A DNA stretch of 64,000 nt from an uncultured Methanosarcinaceae archaeon. GTDB lineage: Archaea; Halobacteriota; Methanosarcinia; Methanosarcinales; Methanosarcinaceae. Position numbers and translations under genes: made by a program. The stretch spans positions 32,001 to 96,000 of the forward strand of contig CAVRJG010000019.1 in NCBI GenBank assembly GCA_963721455.1. Direction: 5' to 3'. This document shows, piece after piece, positions 1-10,801 of the stretch. The notes below the pieces were generated by a model, which did no database searches, was not told where the DNA came from, and saw nothing but the letters and a program-made list of their open reading frames with translations. Every line of letters begins with the position of its first letter. Within the stretch, counting starts at the first letter, position 1.

Positions 1-282
1 GTTGTGGACCTTGGAAGAGATGTTCCGATCAAGACCTTTGTTGAAAAGGCAAAGGAACTCAAACCCCAGGTTATCGCATCCTCCGCCCTCATGACCACCA
101 CCATGGTCAACCAGATCCAGATTGAGGAGCAGCTGAAAGAAGCAGGCATTCGCGACCAGGTAAAGACCATGGTCGGAGGCGCTCCTGTCACCCAGGACTG
201 GGCAGACAAGATCGGCGCAGACATCTACGGTGAAAGCGCAAACGATGCCGTCAGCAAGGTAAAGGCAGCCCTGAAGCGCTGA
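1..282 (+). CDS. mttC: Methylamine methyltransferase corrinoid protein, C-terminal part (5' truncated by window)
   Basis: B12-binding motifs DLGRDVP, SALMTTTM, VGGAPV; lies directly upstream of an MttP-like permease. Confidence 0.8.
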   Translation, partial: VVDLGRDVPIKTFVEKAKELKPQVIASSALMTTTMVNQIQIEEQLKEAGIRDQVKTMVGGAPVTQDWADKIGADIYGESANDAVSKVKAALKR

Positions 283-381
283 TAATCGGAAGAGCAGGCA
301 GTTCCGGGAATCCCAGGCAGGTTATACAGGTTGGGCTCCCGGCACACCTGCCCAATAACTCTAAAAAAAGGAGGGGTGGGC

Positions 382-1428
382 ATGGATCTGAAAGCTTTGA
401 AAGCGCAGGAAAGCAAAAGAAAAATCAGTAAAGGGTACATGTGGGCCCTTTTTTGTGCTGTATTCTGGGGCATCTGGTACCTGCCGGGCACTGTTGTGTG
501 GGTACTCAACCCGTTTGATGAAATGTATGGGGTTATTGCCGGGACCAGTGGAGATGCAGTGTCCCTGGTTGTAACAGCGGCCTTGATTACAGCATTTAAT
601 GCACTTACAGTTATGCTGGCTCTCATGATCTGGAATGGGGTGCTTGGAAAATTCGGAGAACTGGGCCGGACACTTAAGGAATTTCACCCTTGTTCCAAGT
701 GGTTCTTCCTGGCCTCGATCTTCGGGGGACCAATAGCAATTCTCGGCTCCTTTATGGCCATGGGCTTCATCGGAGGGGCGTTCGCAGCCGTTGCTGCTCT
801 TCTCTATCCTGTGATCGGCTCGATGCTTGCTTATTACTGGTATGGGGAAAAGATCAGCAAGAGGGCAGCAATCGGAATTATAATTATTATTCTCGGTGGA
901 ATCACAATCTTTGGCGGCGGGGTTATAACTGAGCTTGCTGCAGGGAACGTCCCCTGGATCGGATACCTGGGCGGGTTGATGGCTGCTGCAGGTTGGGGGA
1001 TTGAAGGCGCAATTGCAGGCAAAGGGCTTGACATTTCCGAGCCTGATGTGGGGCTTACCCTCAGGTTCCTTGGAGAAAACATCATCTGGTGGATCATTAT
1101 CGTGCCGATTCTGGCACTGGTTGGCTACCCGATGTACTCCTTTGCGTTCCAGGCCTTTGAACCTCTGACACTGCTGGTCCTGATCTTCGCAGGAGTTACC
1201 TTTGGTTTCTGTTATGTCTGCTGGTACAAGTCTTTCCCGCTCATTGGGGTTGGAAGAGGCCAGGGTATCGGAAACCTCTATGGATTGTGTGCAATTATCT
1301 TCATTTTCCTCTTCTTCGGAGATGTCCCGAAATGGACTATCCTTGTCGGAGGCACTCTCTGTGTTATTGGCAGTTTCGTCATGTTTACGGAAGAAACAAG
1401 TGCACTTGAAACTCTGAGAGGTGAATGA
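382..1428 (+). CDS. mttP: DMT-superfamily trimethylamine permease (MttP type)
   Basis: About 10 hydrophobic helices; GGAGG before ATG 382; follows the corrinoid gene as in Methanosarcina mtt operons. Confidence 0.8.
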   Translation: MDLKALKAQESKRKISKGYMWALFCAVFWGIWYLPGTVVWVLNPFDEMYGVIAGTSGDAVSLVVTAALITAFNALTVMLALMIWNGVLGKFGELGRTLKEFHPCSKWFFLASIFGGPIAILGSFMAMGFIGGAFAAVAALLYPVIGSMLAYYWYGEKISKRAAIGIIIIILGGITIFGGGVITELAAGNVPWIGYLGGLMAAAGWGIEGAIAGKGLDISEPDVGLTLRFLGENIIWWIIIVPILALVGYPMYSFAFQAFEPLTLLVLIFAGVTFGFCYVCWYKSFPLIGVGRGQGIGNLYGLCAIIFIFLFFGDVPKWTILVGGTLCVIGSFVMFTEETSALETLRGE

Positions 1429-1726
1429 AGTGGGTGGAAACCGCCCCATAAAGTTCAGGATCCTGGAACTGTTCCTGGATGAAAAAGAACACTGGAACTA
1501 CGAAATAGTTTCAAAAATCCAGGAAGAGTACAATATGCAGGGAAATTATGGCAGGGACAGCATCAATTTTGACATCATCGAACTGGCGTCAGGAGGGATG
1601 CTGAAGGACGTGGAACAGAAAGTTGACGAGGAGGGGATCTACAAAAAAGGGTTTCTTCTGCACAAGTACGTAATCACCGCCTTCGGAAAGGTCCGGGGCT
1701 CGGATGCCTGTGTCAGGTATGTCTAA
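1421..1726 (+). CDS. Conserved small protein of mtt operons, possibly winged-helix-like
   Basis: 101-aa ORF overlapping the mttP stop, GTG start. Confidence 0.7.
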   Translation: MNEVGGNRPIKFRILELFLDEKEHWNYEIVSKIQEEYNMQGNYGRDSINFDIIELASGGMLKDVEQKVDEEGIYKKGFLLHKYVITAFGKVRGSDACVRYV

Positions 1727-1745
1727 AAGGAAAGGAGGGAATAAT

Positions 1746-1895
1746 ATGGTACAAACGGCAGCCGCTATGGAAGCTTACAATGCATACTGGGAAAATTCCT
1801 TTATCCCGAGAGCAGACATCATGTGGATGGTGCTGATCCTTATCCTGGCAGTCATTGCCCTCTGGCAGGCAAGGACCTTTGTCTCGAAGTTCTGA
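1746..1895 (+). CDS. 49-aa single-TM small protein
   Basis: Strong AAGGAGG before ATG 1746; hydrophobic segment IMWMVLILILAVIALW. Confidence 0.7.
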   Translation: MVQTAAAMEAYNAYWENSFIPRADIMWMVLILILAVIALWQARTFVSKF

Positions 1896-2074
1896 GCTTT
1901 CGAAAAGGAAAAACGCCTGTCTGCCTTTCAGGCATGATAAAACACCGGTAAGACCTGCAATACAAGAAAAGATGACGTTCCTTCTGCGGATAGGAGCTTA
2001 TGTCCCATCAGAGGTGAACACTTTCAAAGGTAAAAGGTCTGAAGTCATGTGGCTCCGAAAGCTCGCAGGCAACC

Positions 2075-2758
2075 TTAAAGGAGATACCAGTCCGTGTCAT
2101 CGACCGATAGGTCTTCTTTGAGACCGACTTTTCTCCTGGGAAGTTTAAGAGCATCGGTAATCGCATCGGAAAAATCCTGCAGGTACTCTTTAGAGGAGAG
2201 GCTGTTATAGATGAAAGGCTTATTGGGCTGGAGCATACTCTGAATTGTAGACTCTCCTGGGACTATGTCCACTTTTATGTCAACCATTTCCACGGCTTTT
2301 TCCATCGCAGTCCGGAAATCTCCAATACAGTAAGCTATCCTGTGTTTGTAATTATCCCTGGTCTTTTCAAGATAAGCGGCAAGCCTTTCGCTTTCCATTT
2401 TTATGAAATCTCTCTTGATCTTTGCCACATTACATTTGCCCATCATGAAACTGTAGTGCATGAAAGGATATTGGGTATCAAGTTCTCTGGGAGTAATCCC
2501 GCAGGTTCCGAAGGTTACTATATGCACATCCTCAGGTTTTGCAATCCCGAAGATCACACGGTCGAATTTTTTATGAGAGGGGCTTTCATGATAGGGTTTT
2601 CTTTTGGCACAGGGAACGAAAATACAGAGATCCCTAAAGGGGGCTTCATACTCGCTCAGGATCCATTCATTGGCCCTTATCATATCAGGATGATAGATTA
2701 TCTTATCAGTATCAAGGGGTTCTTGAGAACGTTCATCTTCAGGAATAATGGGTATCAT
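2075..2758 (-). CDS. DUF5591-like protein (related to a domain of archaeosine synthase/TGT)
   Basis: Motif IFVPCAKRKPYHESPSHKKF ... GITPRELDTQYPF; start placed at MIPIIPE. Confidence 0.65.
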   Translation of the reverse strand: MIPIIPEDERSQEPLDTDKIIYHPDMIRANEWILSEYEAPFRDLCIFVPCAKRKPYHESPSHKKFDRVIFGIAKPEDVHIVTFGTCGITPRELDTQYPFMHYSFMMGKCNVAKIKRDFIKMESERLAAYLEKTRDNYKHRIAYCIGDFRTAMEKAVEMVDIKVDIVPGESTIQSMLQPNKPFIYNSLSSKEYLQDFSDAITDALKLPRRKVGLKEDLSVDDTDWYLL

Positions 2759-2902
2759 AAACGTCAAAGCTAATTGAGTCGGGAGATTATATATATAATT
2801 AACTAACTTCAGCCAGCCGCAGGATTTATGAGCTTGAAAAAAGATCCTCAAAACCCGAATAAAACACAAACAAAATAAGGCAAACCATACCATAGTAGTC
2901 TT

Positions 2903-3316
2903 ATGGCAAATTCTATTCACGAGATGATCAGAGCAAGCTTCAGATGCGAAGACGTGATAAAATGCGTGCTCGGTTTGAAGTCTCTTGATGTTGAAGCATA
3001 CAAAGCCCTGCTCATGCATGGCTCCCTGACGGCCGAAAAGCTGGGGGAAATTCTTAACAGAGAAAGAAGTACTGCATACCGTTCTCTACAGAACCTCATA
3101 GCTTGCGGAATTGTTTACAGAGAAACGCAATCCATCGAAGGCGGAGGATACTACTATGAATATGTAGCCATCAAACCGCAGGAAATGAAGCAGCTGGTAA
3201 AGAAAAATGTTGACGAATGGTACAATCAGATGAACGAGCTAATTGAAAATATGGATGATAAAGTAAGTGCCCCCGTCCTGAGAATGGACGATGAGGAAAA
3301 CCAAATGCAAAAATAA
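2903..3316 (+). CDS. TrmB-type HTH transcriptional regulator
   Basis: wHTH pattern LTAEKLGEILNRERSTAYRSLQNL ... GGYYYEY. Confidence 0.8.
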   Translation: MANSIHEMIRASFRCEDVIKCVLGLKSLDVEAYKALLMHGSLTAEKLGEILNRERSTAYRSLQNLIACGIVYRETQSIEGGGYYYEYVAIKPQEMKQLVKKNVDEWYNQMNELIENMDDKVSAPVLRMDDEENQMQK

Positions 3317-3363
3317 ATTTTAATGAAAATTTTGAAAGGAGACCGGAAAAGATTCGGCTGAAT

Positions 3364-4545
3364 TCACTGTTTTAATCCGTCTACAAAGTCTCCCATTCTC
3401 TCTACTGCTTTTCTAATATCATCTATGGATGCTGCATAGGCGCAGCGCAGGAAACCTTCACCTGCATCTCCAAAGACGTCTCCGGGAATTGTAACAACTT
3501 TCTTTTCGTCCAGAAGGCGTTCTGCAAACTCGGAGGAAGAGAGACCTGTATTCCCTATGTGGGGGAAGGCGTAAAATGCCCCTTTAGGGTTGCAGCACTC
3601 AAGCCCTATTCTGTTAAAGCCCCTGACAATAAGGTGCCTTCGCCGGTCATATTCCCGGACCATCCGTTCCATTTCCTCTTTACCGTTGCGGAGTGCCTCA
3701 ATTGCTCCAATTTGAGCGGTTATGGGAGCGCAAAGCATGGAGTACTGGTGAATCATCATCATCGAATGTATAATCTCAGGCGCACCCATTGCAAAACCGA
3801 GCCTGAGCCCTGTCATTGCATAAGCCTTGGAAAATCCGTTCAGCATGACAGTCCGCTCTTTCATACCGTCGAGGGAAGAGAACGGGACATGCTTGCCTCC
3901 ATAGGTCAGGCACTCGTAAACTTCGTCTGAGATGACAAACAGATTATTCTCCACGACAAGGTCGGCAATACTCTCAAGCCCTTCCTGTGTCATGATCGCT
4001 CCTGTAGGGTTGTTAGGGAAGTTGAGAATTATTGCCTTTGTCTTATTCGTAATTGCAGGTTTGAGGGCTTCTGCAGTCAGGCTAAAATCGTCTTCCATGT
4101 GGGTGGAAACGATAACAGGTTTACCTCCTGCAAGAACGACAGAAGGCACATATGCCACATAAGAGGGCTGGACTACAATAACCTCGTCGCCAGGGTTGAC
4201 AACTGCCCTGATTGCTATATCCAGAGCTTCACTCACGCCTGTTGTGACCAGTATCTCGGACGAAGGGTCATAGTCCAGACCATAACGCCTGTAATAAGTC
4301 CTGGTAAGTTCGTCTCTGAGTTCCGGAAGTCCGTAATTTGAGGTGTATGAAGTTTGCCCTTTTTCAAGAGAATGGATGCACATTTCACGGATGTGCCAGG
4401 GAGTAATGAAATCAGGCTCACCTACACCAAGAGAGATTATATCCTCAAGTCCGGAAACCAGATCAAAAAAACGGCGTATTCCTGAAGGTGGAATGTTTTT
4501 CACAGATTCCGCAACAAATTTAGAAGGATCGCATGGAGGTCTCAA
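3364..4545 (-). CDS. Class I/II PLP-dependent aminotransferase
   Basis: LGVGEPDF, NFPNNPTG, SDEVY, GFSKAYAMTGLRLG. Confidence 0.92.
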   Translation of the reverse strand: MRPPCDPSKFVAESVKNIPPSGIRRFFDLVSGLEDIISLGVGEPDFITPWHIREMCIHSLEKGQTSYTSNYGLPELRDELTRTYYRRYGLDYDPSSEILVTTGVSEALDIAIRAVVNPGDEVIVVQPSYVAYVPSVVLAGGKPVIVSTHMEDDFSLTAEALKPAITNKTKAIILNFPNNPTGAIMTQEGLESIADLVVENNLFVISDEVYECLTYGGKHVPFSSLDGMKERTVMLNGFSKAYAMTGLRLGFAMGAPEIIHSMMMIHQYSMLCAPITAQIGAIEALRNGKEEMERMVREYDRRRHLIVRGFNRIGLECCNPKGAFYAFPHIGNTGLSSSEFAERLLDEKKVVTIPGDVFGDAGEGFLRCAYAASIDDIRKAVERMGDFVDGLKQ

Positions 4546-4627
4546 GCAAAACGCCCCTGGGAAAAACTGTATGAGTATTATAAAACGTAAAATTGGATAG
4601 GGGAATCAGGCTTTAAGCCAGTTCGTA

Positions 4628-5119
4628 TTAAAACGATACTGGTAGCCTTTTAATCGCCTCGGGTTCATGGAGGATAACCCCATCTTCTTTATAGGTTTTC
4701 AGTACGAAATGGGTTGACGTACTCTGTACCTGATCAAGGGTTGCAATTTTCTCTGCTACGAAAAAGGCTACATCCTTCATCGACTTTCCCCGGACGGTAA
4801 GGGAGATGTCATAGTTCCCGGATAAGAGCCTGACTGACCTGACTTCCGGGAATTTGTAGATTCTTTCTGCAATTGCCTGATAGCCCTGATTGCGCTCCAG
4901 AGTAACCTTCAGCTCAATCACGGCATAAACATAGTTTTCCCCAACCAGGTCCCAATCGACTATGGTTTTGTAGTGCCGAATAACCCCGGTCTCTTCAAGT
5001 TTTGCGATCGTCTGGGAAATCTCCTGTGCAGACATATCTGTAAGGGATGCAATTTCTTCCGGACTTGCCCGGGCGTCATTTTCAAGAATTTCCAGTATAT
5101 GTCGAATCTGTTCGTCCAT
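4628..5119 (-). CDS. Lrp/AsnC family regulator
   Basis: N-terminal HTH (ILEILENDARAS) and RAM domain (LLSGNYD). Confidence 0.9.
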   Translation of the reverse strand: MDEQIRHILEILENDARASPEEIASLTDMSAQEISQTIAKLEETGVIRHYKTIVDWDLVGENYVYAVIELKVTLERNQGYQAIAERIYKFPEVRSVRLLSGNYDISLTVRGKSMKDVAFFVAEKIATLDQVQSTSTHFVLKTYKEDGVILHEPEAIKRLPVSF

Positions 5120-5193
5120 GGTGGTCACCGGCACAAAGGTGAGGAAAAATTTGGCAAAGAATCCCCGTCTTAGGGATTAAAGTCTTATTCAAA

Positions 5194-5580
<387 letters not shown>

Positions 5581-6078
5581 TCATACGTCTATTGAAATTA
5601 TAATCAACGTTTATCTTTAATGATTATGCTGTACTTTCCGATTGTAAATATACCTGTAATCCTGATGATCCTGATCTGGTGATCTTGTCAGGGCAAAAGC
5701 GCACTTATCAGCAGCTTAATTGCCCTGATTATATATTAATTATAGTAACAGGAGTACTTTAATTAGCATATTTGCTATGGACTAATCAATACAAATAGAG
5801 TCGTATAAGAACTTTGCGATCAGGAAGCCAGAGAAAAACTCAATTTTGTACCCAGCCCGCATACATATACCTGTGTCTGCGGAAAAAGCATTACAATGTC
5901 GCAAATACAGATATGAAAAAGAGTCCACAAACGCAGGTGACGGAGAAAAGTATATGCTTAAAAATTATATAAAATGGTGTAAATAGATCAATTTTCAGGT
6001 TTAAAGCTAGATAGTAATTTTTAATTTAATCTTTTTGGCCCCGAAACATGAGATATAGCACATCAGGAGAGAGAAATA

Positions 6079-6405
6079 ATGGTCACGGAAATTTCATTGA
6101 ACACCCTATGCGGACATATCACAACGATCATTGCCACAAAAGAAGGGAAGAACACGCATGTGCATATTAAGACTACATGCGAGAAACTCAGAAAGTGGGG
6201 CACACATTTTGATATGGAAATGAAAGACCTTATGGGGGGGCCCGAAACCGTACTTGGCCAGAAGATGGTTGAAGCACCCCTTACACCCACCTGCCTCGTC
6301 CCGGCAGCAGTAATGAACGCTTGCTGGCTTGAAAACGGCATGATTTCGAAGAATCTTGCTCGAGGAATGGGAAAGATGGAAATCATTTTTGACAAACTGG
6401 AGTGA
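6079..6405 (+). CDS. Conserved hypothetical Cys-containing protein (DUF6951-like)
   Basis: CGH...C...CLVP...ACWLE pattern; GGAGAG upstream. Confidence 0.65.
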   Translation: MVTEISLNTLCGHITTIIATKEGKNTHVHIKTTCEKLRKWGTHFDMEMKDLMGGPETVLGQKMVEAPLTPTCLVPAAVMNACWLENGMISKNLARGMGKMEIIFDKLE

Positions 6406-6634
6406 ACTCCCCCACAACCCCCTCATTTCCTTTTGGAAGATTAATTGTACTGAAGAAAAAGGACAGATGGAGCAGTACTGTGAAAAATCCCCTGTATATA
6501 TATAAACTCGGAAATGTTTATATTAAATCTGGTTGTGTATAATCTACCCAAAACTGAACAAAACTGATTTAAAAATATTAAAATGACATTGCTATTTCAG
6601 GGTCAATAAAATTTTCAAAACCGGAGTTGAAAAT

Positions 6635-7324
6635 ATGGATGTAAAAGAAATAAACATATACGGACAGGAACTTGTAGAATGCCTGAAACTCAAGACATCT
6701 CCTGTTGCAGTAAAATTGATTCCGAAAGGAGGAGAAGTCCCGAAGGGAATAGAAAAAGTAGACGAGGCTATGAGGCACTGCCAGCTGGTTGACAGAGTGA
6801 GAAGAACTGGCGAGGAATTCTATACCCTGGGCGAAGACCAGATGTGTAAAGGTGGAGCTGGTGCAATGGGCCTTGGTGAAATGCCTGCGAAAGTAGCCAG
6901 CGGGGAATTCTATTATAAAGGACTCAAACAGTTCAGCACGCAGGGTGCCGCACGGCGTACCATTGATATGGTTCCTAAGCTTCCCCCGAACTCAACAGAA
7001 GCTGTCCTGTACGCCCCTCTGGAAAAAACCTCATTTACTCCGGATGTCGTTGTGGTTATCTGCAACCCCAGGCAAATTATGCTGCTTACACAGGCTTTCA
7101 TGTACAAGACCGGAGGCAGGCTTGAAGCCAGTTTCGCAGGAAAGCAGAGCTTATGCTCTGACGGTGTTGTAAAGGCATATAAGGAAGGAAAAATCGGAGT
7201 TACAGTCGGTTGCAGCGGCAGCAGGAATTACACCAAGATTGCAGATGAAGAAATGATAATGGGAATTCCTATTGAACTTCTGGCTGATGTAGCCGCCGGC
7301 CTTAAGGAAATCTGCCCGAAATAA
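6635..7324 (+). CDS. DUF169 family protein
   Basis: SPVAVK, RHCQ, CKGG, SLCSD, GCSGSR motifs. Confidence 0.85.
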   Translation: MDVKEINIYGQELVECLKLKTSPVAVKLIPKGGEVPKGIEKVDEAMRHCQLVDRVRRTGEEFYTLGEDQMCKGGAGAMGLGEMPAKVASGEFYYKGLKQFSTQGAARRTIDMVPKLPPNSTEAVLYAPLEKTSFTPDVVVVICNPRQIMLLTQAFMYKTGGRLEASFAGKQSLCSDGVVKAYKEGKIGVTVGCSGSRNYTKIADEEMIMGIPIELLADVAAGLKEICPK

Positions 7325-7530
7325 ACATAAAATCTGCATTTTTACTTCACAAGTAAAATCCTTCATGTTTAAGCCCTTTTACAAGGTTTCCAAAATAAGG
7401 AACCCAATGAAAGGGCTTATCAAATGCAAATTCACACACTTGAGCATTCAAGATTCGATTTGGAAAAATTCCAGCCTGCGCATTTAAATAACCATTTTTA
7501 TAAAAATGCCCCTTGCTAAATAGACATATA

Positions 7531-7660
7531 ACTTTAACACTAACTTTAACTTTAATAAAACTTTAACTTTAACTTTAACTTTAACTTTAACTTTAACTTC
7601 AACTTTAACTTTAACTTTAACTTTAACTTTAACTTTAACTTTAACTTTAACTTTAACTTT
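7531..7660. repeat. Hexamer microsatellite (CTTTAA)n
   Basis: About 17 near-perfect units at 7560-7660, with degenerate units upstream. Confidence 0.95.
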
Positions 7661-7780
7661 TTTTAATGGATTCCGATCACCACATCCAGGTTAGATTATC
7701 CTGTTCTTACATCACTATGCGAATCAAATAAGTTTTGAAAGTAAATCTTAGACTTGATTCACTCAAGACTCTATAAAGAA

Positions 7781-7917
7781 GAGCACGGAAAAAAGCTGTG
7801 CCTTTGTTTCACATATGCGATGTTCTCCGTGGTTCGTAGCATCTGTATTACAAGTTAGTCTGCTTGAGCGAGCGAAGCGAGTGAAACAGACCCCGTGCTC
7901 CCGAAGCGGAACTCGGG
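7781..7917. repeat. Dispersed palindromic intergenic element (MITE/REP-like)
   Basis: GAGCACGG 7781/CCGTGCTC 7893 and TGTTTCAC 7805/GTGAAACA 7881; core motif recurs inverted at 54938-54968. Confidence 0.55.
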
Positions 7918-7974
7918 CTGGAAAGGCCAGTGGATTACAATGGATTATATAGTAAAAGAGAAAAGAGAAGAAAA

Positions 7975-8475
7975 ATGACCTGTTACATAACAGACTCAGC
8001 GGTTTTTATAATGGGAAACTGTAACCTGGACAGTTCCCTGATGATTACCGTCCCTTCGGTTGCGGATGAGTTGAAAAGCAGGGACGCTGTGCTTCGTTTT
8101 GACCTTGCAAAAGAAGGAGGGTTACGTGTGGAATGGCCAGAACCTGAAATGGTAAAAGAGGTTCGGAAAATGGCTGAGTATACCCGGGACTCGGAAGAGC
8201 TCTCAAAGACGGACCTGGAAATCCTTGCAAAAGCTCTTGAGCACAGGGACAGGTGCATACTGCTTACGGATGATTATGCAGTCCAGAATGTTGCCGTGCA
8301 GCTTGGGATTCAGGTTAAGCCCATTGCCCAGAAAAAAATTAAAGATATCATTATCTGGCAAAAGCAATGTACGGGCTGCAGAAAAACTTTTGACAAAGGA
8401 GATGTCTGCCCTATCTGCGGCTCGCCCCTTAAGAAAAAGAGAAAAAAAAGTAGAAAAGAAAAGAGTCACCCTTAA
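7975..8475 (+). CDS. nob1: Nob1-family PIN endonuclease with zinc ribbon
   Basis: ITDSAVF, LSKTDLEILA, TDDYAVQN, CTGC...CPICG. Confidence 0.9.
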   Translation: MTCYITDSAVFIMGNCNLDSSLMITVPSVADELKSRDAVLRFDLAKEGGLRVEWPEPEMVKEVRKMAEYTRDSEELSKTDLEILAKALEHRDRCILLTDDYAVQNVAVQLGIQVKPIAQKKIKDIIIWQKQCTGCRKTFDKGDVCPICGSPLKKKRKKSRKEKSHP

Positions 8476-8641
8476 GCTGAAGAAAAAGATATAACGCTTG
8501 ATAATGTAATAGTGTCTTTAATTGAAAGGATATACATTTGAATATAGTTTTTCAGGCAGTATTCCAGGCAGTATTCGTAAATAAGCTGTAAAATGTGCCG
8601 GAAAATACAGCCCGATAAAAATTACAGGTGGGAATGGAGGC

Positions 8642-9256
8642 ATGAAGAATATAGAAGATTTGATCCAGAAAGCTGTGGAACTGCAGAGCAACGGGCTTGT
8701 AACCGGCCAGATTGCCGATGAACTCAATGTTTCAAGGGAAACGGTTACCTGGCTTTTAACCCGTTCAAAAAAAGGAGTATCAGCCCCCGCTCCAAAAGAT
8801 ATTTCTGTAAACTGGAGCAGTATAGGGAAAAGTGCTACGCGGCTCCACTATATCTCGCTTGCACTCTGCGACATGGTGCTTGAGACCCTGGAAAAAACAA
8901 ATACTGAGGTGGACGTGGTCGTTGGCGTTGCCGCAAGTGGTATTCCCCTGGCAAGCATGATGGCAAATGAAATGGGAGCGGATTTTGCCCTTTACCATTC
9001 CCGTAAAGGACAGGATGTAGTCCAGCCGGGCCATAAAGGGACTATAAGCAGAAATTTCGGAACCGTTGCCGGCAAAAACTGTGTGATTGTGGACGACGTT
9101 ATTACCACCGGCTCCACCACCATGGAAGTTATTGAGCAGCTTCGGGAAATGGATGCAAAGCCGATAGTTGTAGTAGTTCTCGTGGACAAAAAAGGTGCAG
9201 ATGCAATCGCTAATGTCCCGATCCAGTCTCTTGTGAGGATTGTGCGCGTGGACTGA
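8642..9256 (+). CDS. Orotate phosphoribosyltransferase-like protein with N-terminal HTH (GfcR type)
   Basis: [15 protein letters not shown] plus PRPP motif [12 protein letters not shown]. Confidence 0.85.
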   Translation: MKNIEDLIQKAVELQSNGLVTGQIADELNVSRETVTWLLTRSKKGVSAPAPKDISVNWSSIGKSATRLHYISLALCDMVLETLEKTNTEVDVVVGVAASGIPLASMMANEMGADFALYHSRKGQDVVQPGHKGTISRNFGTVAGKNCVIVDDVITTGSTTMEVIEQLREMDAKPIVVVVLVDKKGADAIANVPIQSLVRIVRVD

Positions 9257-9432
9257 AAATAAATAAAGGCAAAAAGTAAGAGTAATTCATTTAAATAGAA
9301 AGTTTTTCCACGGGAAAGGTGATGGAAAGGCAAGTCTTTTTAAGGCTTCATTTCCTTTTCTTTTTATGACAAATGAGTTAAATTATTGGGTAGAGTATTT
9401 TGAAAAGTCTGATATGCTACCAGAGAATAAAA

Positions 9433-10299
9433 GGTTCCGTTGCAAAAAATTCAAAATAAGCATATAAATCTATGAATAATGAATTAAAAGCAAAAGATCC
9501 AAGGGAAAGATCCAAGGGAAATGTACAAAAATTACAAAACTATACCAAATAATTGATTAATATATTTGACTTCATTAAGAACAGAGTAATTTAAATTATT
9601 GACTTGTCTTTTTTAACCATATTCATAGCTTCAATTCCTTTTAAAGTCTTACTAGCAGAGCGAAAAGACTGAAAACCTGGCATTGGAACAATTATTCTCT
9701 TTATAGACCTGTGATCTTGTTCAACAACGTTATTCAAATATTTGACTTATCTAATTTCAACATTTTTAGACAACTTCTTTCATTTTTCAGTTCATTTATG
9801 GCTATCGGATAAGCTGCATTTTTATCAACGGTTAGTACTCTCGGCATTTGATTATGATTAGAACTCAAAGCTTTCTTAAAGAATCTCTTTGCTGCTTTTC
9901 TATCTCGTTTTGAACTTAACATGAAATCAATTGTGTCTCCATCTGAGTCAACTGCTCGGTAAAGATATTTCCATTTACCTTTTACTTTGATATAGGTTTC
10001 ATCAACTCTCCACGAATCATTTGTTGGTCTTAAATGTCTTCTTATCTTCTTTTCTATCTCAGGTGAATATTGATGTACCCATCTCATGATTGTTGTATGG
10101 TCGACTTTTATTTCTCTTTCTGCCATCATTTCCTTTAAATTTCTATAGCTCAATGGATATTTTAAGTACCATCTTACTGTTTGCAGAATGATTTCTCCTA
10201 CAAAGTGTTTCCATTTAAAGGCATTTACTGGCTTATTATATACTCTTAAATTCCTATTTATTTCATAGTATCGATCTCATATTTTTTTGCAACGGAACC
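9433..10299 (-). mobile_element. IS6-family element with inactivated transposase
   Basis: 17-bp IRs GGTTCCGTTGCAAAAAA; FKWKHF...WRVDETYIKVKGKWKYLYRAVD...LNNVVEQDHR; frameshift and stop near 9750-9780. Confidence 0.92.
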
Positions 10300-10740
10300 A
10301 AAAATCCTCTATGCGTTGAGTGCCCCCACTTGTATTCTTTGTCTTCCAGGCTTTTATTGGTAATCCTTTTTGCATGCCAGTTAAGGTTGAGATTTATGTC
10401 GGTACTGTCAATAATAATGCCTCTTGATCCACTTTTTACTTTAGGGCATAATTCGTTCAATAATTCAAAAACAATATCAGTAAACTGTTCTGATTAATAC
10501 TTACTAAGAAGACCGTAAATCTCATTTTCAGTTAGTACTGAACTGACTTTTAAGAAATTTCTCAGGCTTTCCCTTTCTTCCAATTTCCTGATAGCATAGG
10601 AAATTTCACAGGAAAAAACATACTCAGAAGGATAGTTTTTATAGCTGGCACTGATTTCTGAAGGGGCAGAATGCCCTTCCTTGTGAGAATTTGTCAAGAT
10701 CTCAATCAAAAAAGCTTAATATTTAGGATACAATTCCCAT
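10300..10740 (-). pseudogene. DDE (IS4/IS5-like) transposase N-terminal remnant, cut by the IS6
   Basis: IIIDSTDINLNLNW...YKWGHSTHRGF ends at the IS6 IR; stops and frameshifts present. Confidence 0.7.
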
Positions 10741-10801
10741 TTTTATACTTTTATGAGAATTTATCAATCTTAATACTCATCTATTAACATGGAGTTTTAA
10801 A

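Noticed and set aside
361-1449. Long antisense ORF to mttP, and similar shadow ORFs elsewhere
   Set aside because: Antisense shadows of real genes, with no recognisable motifs
1-1895. Pyrrolysine (TAG) read-through in the methylamine operon
   Set aside because: The Pyl-containing methyltransferase genes lie outside the window; the ORFs here need no read-through
2759-3019. N-terminal extension of ORF 2075-3019
   Set aside because: Overlaps the divergent regulator and its promoter; start moved to 2758
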